A DNA stretch of 64,000 nt from Octopus vulgaris (Eukaryota). The translations under genes were made by a program, and so were the position numbers. The notes beneath the pieces were generated by a model, which was given only the letters and a program-made list of their open reading frames with translations, was not told where the DNA came from and made no database searches. Positions 12,912 through 25,140 of this stretch are shown here, piece after piece. Within the stretch, counting starts at the first letter, position 1. Each line of letters starts with the position of its first letter. The stretch is from positions 13,268,001 to 13,332,000 of the forward strand of contig OX597830.1 of the NCBI GenBank assembly GCA_951406725.2, read 5' to 3'.

Positions 12912-13454
12912 CGACGGGCTTTATTCAGTTTCCGTCTACCAAATTCACTCACAAGGCTTTGGTCGGCCCGAGGCTATAGTAGAAGACACTTGCCCAAGGT
13001 GCCACGCAGTGGGAATGAACCCGGAACCATATGGTTGGTAAGCAGGTTACTTACCACACAACCACTAATGCGCCTATATATAATATATATATATGTATAA
13101 TTTTCAAATATATTATAGTACTTTAGCAAAATTTCAATGTATAATGTCTTCTCACATGAACTCGGCGTCCGAATAAATTATTTTTTACGTTTGAATATTT
13201 GGAAACACGGTCCTCAACTTTGCTTATTTCGTTGTTGGACACCTGAAAGTACACCTCTATCCCTGAAGATACCCGGCTAAACTTTTAAAAACTTTTTAAC
13301 ATCTAAAATAGCTTGAATGCTGATAATTCAAATCTAAAGCCAGATTGAAAAATGTAAAATTGTTTCATTTATTTCTTTTGTTGATCCGATTCCTTTATAT
13401 CCTGAATCTTATTGTATTATTTTTTCATTGTGGTACAAATAAATTTTAACCAAG
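12812..13454. mobile_element. Non-autonomous TIR element with TA flanks (Tc1/mariner-like MITE) carrying a SINE A fragment
   Basis: 33-bp inverted repeats CTTGGTTAAACTTTATTTGTATCACAATGAAAA / TTTTCATTGTGGTACAAATAAATTTTAACCAAG (2 mismatches), flanked by TA. SINE A 5' half at ~12910-13075 (-). Confidence 0.7.
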
Positions 13455-13457
13455 TAT

Positions 13458-13871
13458 AGGCGTAGGAGTGGCTGTGTGGTAAGTAGCATGCTTACGAACC
13501 ACATGGTTCTGGGTTCAGTCCCACTGCATGGCACCTCGGGCAAGTGTCTTCTACTATAGTCTCGGGCCGACCAAAGCCTTGTGAGTGGATTTGGTAGACG
13601 GAAACTGAAAGAAGCCCGTCGTATATATGTATATATATATATGTGTATATGTTTGTGTGTCTGTGTTTGTCCCCCCAACATCGCTTGACAACCGATGCTG
13701 GTGTGTTTACCTCCCCGTAACTTAGCGGTTCGGCAAAAGAGACCGATAGAATAAGTACTAGGTTTACAAAGAATAAGTCCTGGGGTCGATTTGCTCGACT
13801 AAAAAGGTGGTGCTCCAGCATGGCCACAGTCAAATGACTGAAACAAGTAAAAGAGTAAAGAGTAAAAAAGA
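13458..13871 (+). mobile_element. SINE family A, full length
   Basis: Complete head-to-tail match to the other copies. Confidence 0.92.
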
Positions 13872-14009
13872 GTATCCACTATATTTTTTTGTTCTCCATC
13901 AAAACTCATTGGACTGTTTATGCATATATATATTGTGGAATTTTCTTACAATATATTTGATAACACAAATTAAATCCTCATTACTTGAATGGTATTTATA
14001 TGTGAAAAC

Positions 14010-15661
14010 ATAAGACTTTCAATATCAATAGAAGAGGAACATAACCCAGTTAACTTTCTTGATGTTAATTTAGATCCACGTAGAGGTATATATACAGGCC
14101 ATATAATACGACTCTTAGACACATTCATAAAAATAGCAATAACCCAAAAAGTATAACTCGATCTATAGTAGAAAATATATCAATCTGCATTACTAACCCC
14201 TCGGCGAACGAGGAAGTATTTAAACTAAATGAGGAATTTTATAATTTCGCATTAGAGAAGGCAGAATATAGAGAAAAATTTTTAATTTTTAACCGTAGTA
14301 ATAGTAGAAATAATATAAGTAGAGGGATGGACTATATTGACAATAATCGAAATAGTATGCATAATAGGAAAAATACCACTAACCAAAGAGAACGGATAGT
14401 AGGAAGAGTTAAAGATAGGAAATCTGTGCAATTAGAATATAATATTAGGGTACCTATTTCTTTATTACCCACAAGGGGCTAAACACAGAGGGGACAAACA
14501 AGGACAGACATAGTTATTAAGTCGATTGTATCGACCCCAGTGCATAACTGGTACTTATTTAATCGACCCCGAAAGGATGAAAGGCAAAGTCGACCTGGGC
14601 GGAATTTGAACTCACAACGTAACGACAGACGAAATACGGCTACGCATTTCGCCCGGCGTGCTAAGATGAGTACAAAGTTACTTGAATATGTGCCAAATAA
14701 ACTACAAAGTGGCTTAGAAATGAATGAACCCACTAAGAGGTCCCATTCAGATTAGAGGAGGTAAACAACACATAAACTCTATAAATAGTAATATACAAAG
14801 AATTGACAAGTATAATGTAAACAAACCCAATGCCGAGAAATAGATTACAGACTTTTTACAAAAAAGCTTGAGTAGAAATAGAAATACATACCTCAGTAAC
14901 ATGGATACCTCTAGCTATATCAAATGGTATATAATTCCCTTCAGAAAACAAATAATTTCCAATATACTGAAATCGTTTTATTCAGCATTGACTAAACATT
15001 TTCCAAAAGACAGTAAATACTATAGAATTTTAAATAAAAATAGGGTTAGACTAGCTTTCTGTAATAGCAAAAATCTGGCACAAATTATAGCAGCACACAA
15101 CGATAGTAAATTTAACAGTTTTCATATGAACAATAGCAATAGTAGTAACCAGAATAATAATTATAGATCAATAAATAGCAACAATGTCAACATGAGCGGA
15201 CAAACCGTAAGTAATACAACTAGGTATCAGGATAGGAACTATAGTATGACAGCCAATAAAATTGAAGAGACCCAGGGGAGCTCCACAATTAATCTGGAAG
15301 TAATAGATGTAAATCCTAAAAAGCAAAGTACTCAGAATGTTGTCTATGTGAAAAGGACTAATAGCTTAGATGACAGACAGGAGAATATAAAAATCACATC
15401 TAGAGTAGGTGAAGTGGATAATAGTAATAGAAGTAGTAGAGCTATGAACTGCGATTGTGCAAGGAACAGAGTCTGTCCGCTTAACTCTAATTGTACGCAT
15501 AAAATATCGTATACAGATGTGAGATTACCTCAGAGAATAGAAAGTATTTCTATATAGGAGCTGGCTCATGTTATATTAAGCAGAAATTTTCCAATCATTT
15601 AAGAAATAGGGACAAAATGAATACTACCAGCCTTAGTAAGCTAATTTGGGCACTAAAAGAT
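14010..15661 (+). mobile_element. Penelope-like retroelement relic (RT thumb, linker, C-terminal GIY-YIG endonuclease)
   Basis: VNFLDVNL...HKNSNNP...FYNFALEKAEY; WYIIPF...HFPKDSKY...NKNRVRLAFCNSKN; CDC.....CPL...C; then, after a frameshift, NIVYRCEI...YFYIG...SNH...TSLSKLIWALK. Confidence 0.88.
14451..14663 (-). mobile_element. SINE family B inserted in the Penelope relic
   Basis: Family B consensus match. Confidence 0.9.
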
Positions 15662-15772
15662 AGTTACACGTGACCGACCAGACCATCAGATGTTGTTAAA
15701 CATCGCTGGTCACAATGCGTTCGCATTGTTTTAGCCTTTGAATGACGCCACCCCGCTGGCTAAGCGAGCAGG

Positions 15773-15814
<42 letters not shown>

Positions 15815-15836
15815 TGTGTGTGTGTGTGTGAGAAGG

Positions 15837-15901
<65 letters not shown>

Positions 15902-15905
<4 letters not shown>

Positions 15906-16115
15906 TCCGCGTGTGTATCGTTGACGATTTTTTTTCCTCTTTCCTCCGTCTTCCCTTCCTTGGATCTTTCCTTTTTATATATTTCTGACGAAGAGCTCCG
16001 CTCGAAACGTTAAATCCTCTTTCTTTCTTTCCTTTTCTGAGCGTCCAATAACACTATATTTGTTCCACGTCCTCGCGTTGTTGTGTTTTCTCTTTGCGTT
16101 TTCACGTTTGGATTA

Positions 16116-16120
<5 letters not shown>
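15902..16120 (+). mobile_element. ~210-bp hammerhead-bearing non-autonomous element (family H1)
   Basis: Same ends and sequence as 20955-21163 and 21523-21730; 3' end abuts (TA)n. Confidence 0.8.
15981..16015 (+). ncRNA. Minimal type I hammerhead ribozyme
   Basis: AUUU-CUGACGA-A-GAGC(UCC)GCUC-GAAACGU-U-AAAU, with palindromic ACGU stem III as in Penelope-associated minimal hammerheads. Confidence 0.75.
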
Positions 16121-16175
<55 letters not shown>

Positions 16176-16372
16176 TATATATATATGCATATATGCACGC
16201 AAGCATACATGAACGAACACACATATATATATATAGATGGAGTTTCGCAAATTTTCCGTTTATTAGATCGGTTCACTAGGCTCGGAGTAATAGTAAGAAA
16301 CACTTGCCCAAAGTGCCGCGCAATAGGAGTGCGCCTGAAAGCCCGTGGTTGCGAAACGAAGTTCTTTACCAG

Positions 16373-16433
<61 letters not shown>

Positions 16434-16805
16434 GAAAGAACCACACGCTGGTGTCCTTGTGTGGGTGTCTGTATAATTTAATGAGCCATTTACCTATATT
16501 TCACATGATACACCACCAAACAGTTGAATTATTTAAAACCCAAAGAATTCTTCTCAACAAATGCTATGACGCTCCCTCACTACCCCTGCTTGTAACCAGA
16601 GCTGCATATATCGTCAGTCACTAAGGGACATGGAACTGACAAGCAATTGACAAGCAACTGACTAGCAAATCTGTGGGAATAAATATTTGCTGTAGTCCAT
16701 CTTTTACACTGACTCAAAACATGTATGTGCATGATAGTATTTCCAATCAGTTAAGATCAGAAACCATGCATCAGGGCACTTAGTATTATTCAGTAGTCTT
16801 ACGTT

Positions 16806-17344
16806 TATCACGTACTTTCACTACAATACTGAGCGCAGCTCTGTGTGCCTTGGGTGTATGTTGTGGTTTGTTGTGATGCTCTTATTTTTACTGCATTGAA
16901 AGTGTTTTACGCAGGATGTGTGCGGTGCTTAGGAGTGTTATCTTCTGTATGTTATATATACTTGTTAGTTCTGGTGTTTTTGTTATGTATTTGAATATTT
17001 ATTTTATCATACCTAATGTTTTTAGATTCCGCATTCTTGCTGCCTCTATTTCTAGAATTTGTATATTGAAAGTTTTTCTGTTTCATTGTCATATGTTGGC
17101 ATTTTTTCTTGGTGATCTCTGACAACAATATCCGGTCAATTGGCCTTAATTTGTCTATATGTATGTATTGGTATATTCCCAGGGTATGGTTGCTTTCTCA
17201 TTTTCTGTGATCTTTTCTGGTGTGTGCCTATACCATCTTTTTTATGTTGCTATTCCATAGTGTTGGCATAGCTTCCAGTGTATAAAGGTCCCAACTCTGT
17301 CGTGTCTGTAAATATATTCCCTCTTAACCAGGACTGGGCAGCCT
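16806..17344 (-). mobile_element. R4/Dong-type LINE 3' fragment
   Basis: Minus strand CPVL..REYIYRHDRVG..IHWKLC.HYGI...PDIVV..., ending LGTAHILRKTLS; adjoins (ATT)n. Confidence 0.85.
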
Positions 17345-17354
17345 ATTGTTGTTG

Positions 17355-17427
<73 letters not shown>

Positions 17428-17446
17428 CATCATCATTATTATTATT

Positions 17447-17885
17447 GAGTGTGAGAGCAGTGCATGCCATCAAAGTGACACTGGGGAAAATATACGAAGC
17501 TCAATATACCCATCATGACTACCCGTCTGATAAGGGTACATCAGGCACATGCATCACAACCATATGTGTGTGACATGGCGATCTCATAAACAACGCATGA
17601 CCTTTCAGGTGGGGCCCAATTAGAATTTTTTTCAGGTTGATTAGGCCATCCCCCTCAAAAGATTCCTGAATAAGGGTTGTTTAAGGATGTTGAACGAAAT
17701 ACCCATGTTTGAAAAAGTGAATCGTCCAAACCCCAAAGAATTCCTCTCAACACATGGCTATGATGCTCCCCCACTACTTCTGCTCGTGATCAGTGATGCA
17801 CGTATCGTCAGCCACTAAGGGACATGCTCAACTGGTTAAGGCCAAACAGCTGATAAGCAAATCTGTGGTACTGAGCAGAATATTT
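17447..17885 (-). repeat. Interspersed repeat family E (probably a LINE 3' UTR ending in (TAA)n)
   Basis: Homologous segments at ~16520-16780 and 22100-22285; this copy and the 22100 copy adjoin an (ATT)n tract. Confidence 0.6.
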
Positions 17886-18359
17886 GGGATCTATTCCATC
17901 TCAGTCACAGATTTTTTAAGTAATTTTTTTTTTAAGTAAATAGCTTGAAACTTCGAATACTGGTAGAATTTCCCACGTAGAACACGGTTTACTCTGTACA
18001 TTTTTGACAAATTTTCGTATTGTAGAGTTTCGTGTTAAAGTTGTCGTATTTGGGTAATTTCAACCAATCAACGATGTGTATTCGGTTGAAGAAAGCTACT
18101 GCTGTTTACGATTGTAATCGAAGAGGAACAACTTCTGGGTCATCTCTACTTTTGCCACACGTGACATACGATTTTGTTTCATACAGGATAATATTATTAT
18201 TATTATTATAGTTGTTGTTGTTGTAGTTGTAGTAGTAGTAGTAGAAGTAGTAGTAGTTGTTGTTGTTATTATTATTATTATTCCGTTATTTGTATAGTGA
18301 TGAACTTGTTAACACTTGATCGTTTAATTATCCCCGCCCCAACGAAATTTCGTTTGCTG

Positions 18360-18970
18360 TTCCCAAAAGTGTTGTCCTTTGCGATGTCGTAATTCTTGGA
18401 CAGATTCCTGTTGTATCAAAGGTGTTTCTGAAGGCTTTTCGTTACTGACCCAAAGGCCCCAATCCCAATTGGTGCCCCTCTTGCTTTCATATTCCACATT
18501 TCATTCGACACCTATTCTCAAGTCTGCATATTTTACAATTTTCTCAATTTCTTTACCATTGATTAAATGACCTCCTGGGCAAGCTACAACAAACACTTCC
18601 TTACAGGACCTTTCTCCACCGATATTTTGTCTGGACTAGTACATTCAAGAACTTTGTCTGGAATGTGAAGTCTAACAAGAGTTTCCCAGCCTCTTTGTAA
18701 TTTCCTTTACTTTCAGTCCTTTGAATGCATGTCTCTGTTTTGGGCCAAATACCTTAAAAGCTACTCTCTTCTACTGGCCAAATACAAGTCTAAAGAACTG
18801 AATTCACTATCCATCCAACGTTCCACTCTTACAAATCCTCGTCCGCCTAGATTCTGTGGTGTATATAAACCTTTTAACATTTACCTTTGGTGGGTGAATT
18901 GCACCATTGGCAAACATCTTTCGTCTTCACCTGTCCAACTTCTTTATCTAATAACTGGAACGGCCCAGAT
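18360..18970 (-). mobile_element. Older R4/Dong-like LINE relic
   Basis: Degenerate minus-strand PD, VACP, KYADL and MWNMK...PIGIGAFG motifs. Confidence 0.6.
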
Positions 18971-19073
18971 TTTGATAGTAATAATCAAGTTCTTCTCATT
19001 CAGTTTCGTTTTCAGTAGCAGCTCTAACCTACTTTGGGGCCGAAATTGCTGACCTTGTGCCAAAATTTGAAAT

Positions 19074-19200
19074 CCTCCTCCTCCTCCTCCTCCTTCTTCT
19101 TCTTCTTCTTCTTCTTCTTCTTCTTCTTCTTCTTCTTCTTCTTCTTCTTCTTCTTCTTCTTCTTCTTCTTCTTCTTCTTCTTCTTCTTCTTCTTCTTCTT
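19074..19200. repeat. (CCT)n(CTT)n microsatellite
   Basis: Direct inspection. Confidence 0.97.
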
Positions 19201-19487
19201 TAAAGACACTGGATAGTCAGACACGTTAGGCCCATCGGATAATATGTCTAGCTGAAGCTTTTTACATTCGGAGTTCAAATTCCGTCGGGGACTGCCTTCC
19301 ATCCTTCTACAATCGACAAAATAACGCACCAGTCAAGTACTGGAGTTGATACAATCAGCTATTCTCTTTCACCAAATTTCTGGCCTTTTGTTTCTATTAG
19401 AAACAATTATTATTATTATTATCTCTGTATTAAATACAGAGAAAAGCTTAACTCTGTTTCTAATTCTGACAACCTGAGTAGAACTCA

Positions 19488-19969
19488 TTAACCCTTTCAT
19501 TACCATATTTATTTTGAGATGCTCTGCGTTTCTTTCAATTAATTTTAAATATAACAAAGAATTTAGTAAAATAACTTAGTTATCATTAAGCTTGTGTTAG
19601 GAACATAAATTGTGACTAAGGTTTGGTGGAAGATTTTAATTCAAAACTTATGAAAACAAGACATTTATACTACAGAGCCAGAGCTGGTTTCAGCCAGGTT
19701 AGTATCAAAAGGGTTAAGGATAGTTTCTCTATTATATATTTTAACCCTTTTTGTTACCATATTTCTATTGAGATGCTCTGTGTTTCTTTCAATTACTTTA
19801 AAGATAACAAAGAATTTAGTAAAATAACTTGGTTATCATCCAGCTAGTGTTAGGAACATAAATTGTGATTAAGGTTTGGTGGAAGATTTTAGTTGAAACC
19901 TTATGAAAACAAGACATTTGTACTCAGAGCCAGGGCCAGTTTCAGCCGGGTTGGTAATGAAAGGGTTAA
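19488..19969. mobile_element. Two adjacent piggyBac-type MITE copies
   Basis: 19488-19717 and 19741-19969, each TTAACCCTTT...AAAGGGTTAA with similar internal sequence. Confidence 0.85.
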
Positions 19970-20304
19970 ACGAAGCTCTCTGTCCCTTTGCTGTTTATAC
20001 AGAAATAACCTTGTATTCTTATAAACCCCTCAACATCCCCCACCACGCGCACGCGTACACACATACACACAAAGGAAAGGAGTTAAAAAGGAGAACTTAA
20101 GGTAGAAGGGACTCATGAATGATAACCAGTCAAGTATTGGGGATATGAAAAGCTGTGTGCAGTCCAAGATGTAAAATAACTGATAGGAAGGGCCGTGCGT
20201 ATTTTGCTGTAGGTTGAAATGCTGTATTTTGTTGTACGTATTTTGTTGTAGGTTTTAGGGAAATGCTGTCTAATTAGCGACAGAAAGTTTTTTTTTAGCA
20301 ATAT

Positions 20305-20537
20305 TTTATTTCTTTACTACCCACAAGGGCTAAACATAGAGGGGACAAACAAGGACAGACAAACGGATTAAGTTGATTATATCGATCCCAGTGCGTAACT
20401 GGTACTTATTTAATCGACCCCGAAAGGATGAAAGGCAAAGTCGACCTCGTCGGAATTTGAACTCAGAACATAACGGCAGACGAAATACTGCTAAGCATTT
20501 CGCCCGGCGTGCTAACGGTTCTGCCAGCTCGCCGCCT
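20305..20537 (-). mobile_element. SINE family B, full length
   Basis: Includes head AGGCGGCGAGCTGGCAGAA and tail. Confidence 0.9.
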
Positions 20538-20917
20538 TTTAGCAATATTAGTGGAAACATCTTGATTGAATCGAGGATTAAACTAGATGTGTTTTAATGA
20601 ATCTATGTCTTGTATATACTCTTTAAAAATGGGATAAATTACTGTAGCATAAGAGAGGTATTGGGATGGCAGGAAATAACTTTCATGATACAAAACTCCT
20701 GTGACATTTGGTCTGCAAGGTTAAGTGTGTGTGTGGTGGAATATCGCTCGTAGCAAAAATATTGTATTGGAAGACTCACGTACAATGAATATGGCCGATC
20801 TATATTCTTTATTAATATAACTTAAATTGACGCCGCTTTCTGTCTTAGAAACAATCTCTGTCTTTATAACTCCACAATAATGTTCTTTCGTACAGGCTCT
20901 GCTTTCGGCATGGTGAG

Positions 20918-20954
<37 letters not shown>

Positions 20955-20957
<3 letters not shown>

Positions 20958-21163
20958 TTAATCCAAACATGAAAACACAAAGAGTAAACAACAACGCGAG
21001 GACGTGGAACAAATATAGTGCTATTGGACGCTCAGGAAAGGAAAGCAAGAAGGAGGATTTAACGTTTCGAGCGGGGCTCTTCGTGAGAAACACAGGAAAA
21101 GGAAAGATTCAAGGAAGGGAAGACGGAAGAAAAACAATCGCCAACGGTACACACGCGATCACG
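20955..21163 (-). mobile_element. Family H1 element with mutated hammerhead (21057-21091)
   Basis: Minus strand GUUU-CUCACGA-A-GAGC(CCC)GCUC-GAAACGUU-AAAU; G5C change in the core. Confidence 0.78.
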
Positions 21164-21468
21164 TGCAAAACGCCCCCCCGTCCAATGGACGATGCTGAGT
21201 TGTCAAACATTTAAACCAATTTTTTCAAAACAACTTGTCCGACCGTCCCATATGCCTCCCCCTTTGAAAAACACTGATTTAACCTAAATTTGAGACACCG
21301 TGCATTTTTCTCGCATACGCGTAGTATCGATCGCAACAGCTGATGTACTTGCGCGTACAAACACACGTTCCCACGGCTTATCTCACCTGGAATCGATTTT
21401 TGTAATTTTTCCAAGACTTATACACGCCCTGATACTGTCGGTATCTACATATTTATATATAATATATG

Positions 21469-21522
<54 letters not shown>

Positions 21523-21525
<3 letters not shown>

Positions 21526-21730
21526 AATCCAAACAATAAAACAAAAACAAAAAAACACAACAACGCAAGGACATGGAACAAATAAAGTATTATTGGACGC
21601 TCAGGAAAGAAGGGAAGAAGGAGGGTTTGACGTTTCGAGCGGAGCTCTTCGTCGGAAACATAGGAGAAGGAAAGATCCCGAGAAGGGAAGACAGAGGAAA
21701 AAAATCGCCAGTGGTATAGATGAGGTCACA
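21523..21730 (-). mobile_element. Family H1 element with hammerhead (21625-21659)
   Basis: Minus strand GUUU-CCGACGA-A-GAGC(UCC)GCUC-GAAACGUC-AAAC. Confidence 0.78.
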
Positions 21731-21732
21731 TA

Positions 21733-22023
21733 CTGAAACATTGTCAAATGTTGGTATTGACACATCGATTAGAAAGCATTTTTTTTCTTGGTGATCTCTG
21801 ACAACAATATCCGGCCAATTGGCCTTAATTTGTCTATCTGTATGTATTGGCATATTCCCAGGGTATGGTTGCTTTCTCATTTTCTGTGACCTTTTCTGGT
21901 GTGTGCCTATACCATCTTTTTTATGTTGCTATTCCATAGTGTTGGTATAGCTTCCAGTGTATATAGGTCCCAACTCTGTAATGTCTGTAAATATATTCCT
22001 TCTTAGTCAGGACTGGGCAGCCT
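21733..22023 (-). mobile_element. R4/Dong-type LINE fragment (RLE domain)
   Basis: MPIHTDRQIKANWPDIVVRDHQEKKCFLIDVSIP; near-identical to 17100-17344. Confidence 0.85.
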
Positions 22024-22036
22024 ATTGTTATTATTA

Positions 22037-22101
<65 letters not shown>

Positions 22102-22282
22102 GAGTGTGAGAGCAGTGCATGCCATCAAAGTGAGACTGGGGAAAATATACGAAGCCCAATATACCCATCATGACTACCCGTCTGATGAGGGTACACCAGG
22201 CACATGCATCACAACCATATGTGTGTGACATGGCGATCTCATAAACAACGCATGACCTTTCAGGTGGGGCCCAATTAAAAAT

Positions 22283-22363
<81 letters not shown>

Positions 22364-23912
22364 TGTATGTATGTATGTATGTATGTATGTATGTATGTAT
22401 GTATGTATGTATGTATGTATATATAATCAAAAAACCACAACATTAGTTTTAATAAAAAGAAGAAAGAACTACCTGTTGTTCCATCAAAGTGTTACTGCAA
22501 ACACTTGGTAGACTTAGGAGCTAGTTCTTGATATGCAGAGTCTATATTTACTATCCTATAGTGGTCAAAGGGGTTTTGACGGCCCAAGTAACCTCTGGTT
22601 GCCTTAATTTTAATTCCTTATTTTTGTATGGAATTCATTGGTTGACATGATTTTATTCGTCGACCAGTTAACGAAAAAAAAAAATTGATTTCCACGATTT
22701 TCGTTACGACAAATGTTTGTCACCACGGGGTCAACTGTACTCGAAAATTACGAACACTGAATCGATGAGGAAAAAAATATGGCACGCTACCCGTAGATAG
22801 CGAACCCGAAGAACAATAGTACACCTTTAGACAGAGAAACACTTCTCCACCTCCACCACTTCCTCCACCTCCACCCCCCTCCTTCTATATTACTTCTTCA
22901 TTTCTTTTTAGCATCTCCACATTCCTGTTATTGATATTTCATACCAGCATCCCTCACCCTACCACCATCTGCAGATCAACTTAGATCTTCTGGAGAACCG
23001 TAATAAAAGATCTATTATTTCGAAAATTCAATCTACTTTAGACAACACTTTATTCTAAATATGACTGTTTATTTTACTCATAATTATATACAAAATCAAA
23101 TGATTTTCTGACTTAATTAAAACTGGATTCATAATTTTCAATTGAAATTTCTAAGTATACGCAACAAGCTTTTTTTTTTATATAATTTGTTCCTCTTTAA
23201 GCAGATTCCAATTTGTGTGCCATGCATATATACACACACATGGTTATACATAAAATCATGCATACATACATTCTTATATATATATATATATATATATACT
23301 ACATATAGATTATCAATGTGCATATATATATACATATATGTATTTGCGTATGTGTACTCACACGTATATAATATATTCGTACTCACACACACAGATACGA
23401 ATATATATATATATATTCGCACTCACACACGTGTGTGTGTATATATATATGATCATATATTTATATAATCAACGTGTGTGTTTGTGTGAGTGTAGGTGTG
23501 TGAAGTGTGCGTGGCTGCGTGTGAGTGTAATCAAGGATGTTAAGAGCTTTCTCCATCCTATTTGAATGACTTGGCTTATTAGCGTACAGCATATATTTTA
23601 GACGAATATTAACTGTTTATTTATTGCCAATTATTAGATAACTTGCAACTAGTTTGTAACAACAGAATTTTATTGCTTACTGAATTAAACAGCTATCGTT
23701 GTGTGTCCAATAAAGAAACCAGAGAAAAAATACCAACAATTGATGTATCTCAACGAAGTTTCATCGCTTCAGCGGAAAGCGTTTGAAACCAAAGAGTATT
23801 TTTGATTATTCTCAACAGCAATATTAATCAAATTTATTGTGAAACGTATGTTTGTCCAACGGCATACGTATATATGTATAATGTACAATGCGCGCGTGTA
23901 TATATGTATATA

Positions 23913-23958
<46 letters not shown>

Positions 23959-23963
23959 TATAT

Positions 23964-24016
<53 letters not shown>

Positions 24017-24201
24017 CACATATATATAAATATATATATACATATATCATATATATGTATATATGTATGTATAATATATATATATGTACGTATATTTATA
24101 TGTATATATATGTATGTATATATATATATATACATATGGTTATGTGTGGACAGTAAAATGTGTATATGCATGTGTCTATGCGTGTATGTATATATATAAT
24201 G

Positions 24202-24235
<34 letters not shown>

Positions 24236-24589
24236 CAGAGAGAGTGAGAGAGATATACATAAATAAATAAATATATATATACATACACATATTTGTGTGT
24301 ATATATATATATATATATGTGTATGTATGTATGTGTGTGTACGGGTGTACAAATATGTGTATACGCATGTGCCTTGGTGTTTATGTATATATATATGCAT
24401 ACATACATACGTACTTACATATATATGTGTATATATATAGATGTATATATATATATACATATATATGTATATGTATATATATTAGTGTAAATATAGTGTC
24501 AATAATGACAGCGGGTATGCTTATCTTACCTAAATGCATTGAAAATGACAATGAAATGAAATTGTAATTATTTCTGCATTCCACCTTTC

Positions 24590-24750
24590 ATTAGGACGGT
24601 CGCGAGTTCTAACCCCAGTAGTTTTACAAGAACAAACGGCGTAAACTGAACAAAATGTCAACAGTTACTTCCAAGTGGATGGGAATTTGACGTTTCGTGA
24701 TATATTTCTCCGTGTAGTCTAAAACACCGATCTTCCTGGGGGCCTTAGAA
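24590..24750 (-). mobile_element. Possible Helitron Rep coding relic
   Basis: Minus strand CFRLHGEIYH resembles the Helitron F.I.GQIYH motif. Confidence 0.4.
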
Positions 24751-24804
24751 ATCTATTTACACGCACACGTTTAAGTGTGCATGTATACCCTATACAAATA
24801 TATA

Positions 24805-24844
<40 letters not shown>

Positions 24845-24910
24845 TGTGCATGTATTTATCTATATATGTACGTACGTACATACATACATACATACATACA
24901 TACACACATG

Positions 24911-24961
<51 letters not shown>

Positions 24962-24988
24962 TATATATATATATATATAAATAATATA

Positions 24989-25030
<42 letters not shown>

Positions 25031-25078
25031 TGATTGATTCTAGTTTCAGCTCATGAGCTGTGGCCATCCTGGGGCACC

Positions 25079-25138
<60 letters not shown>

Positions 25139-25140
25139 TA

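Noticed and set aside
22181-22200. CTGATGAG in repeat E
   Set aside because: No downstream GAAA or stems; the paralogous copy reads CTGATAAG.
25053-25140. ATG start of the 383-aa ORF
   Set aside because: The N-terminus comes from an unrelated retroposon tail and (TA)n that happen to be in frame; the RTE copy is 5'-truncated.
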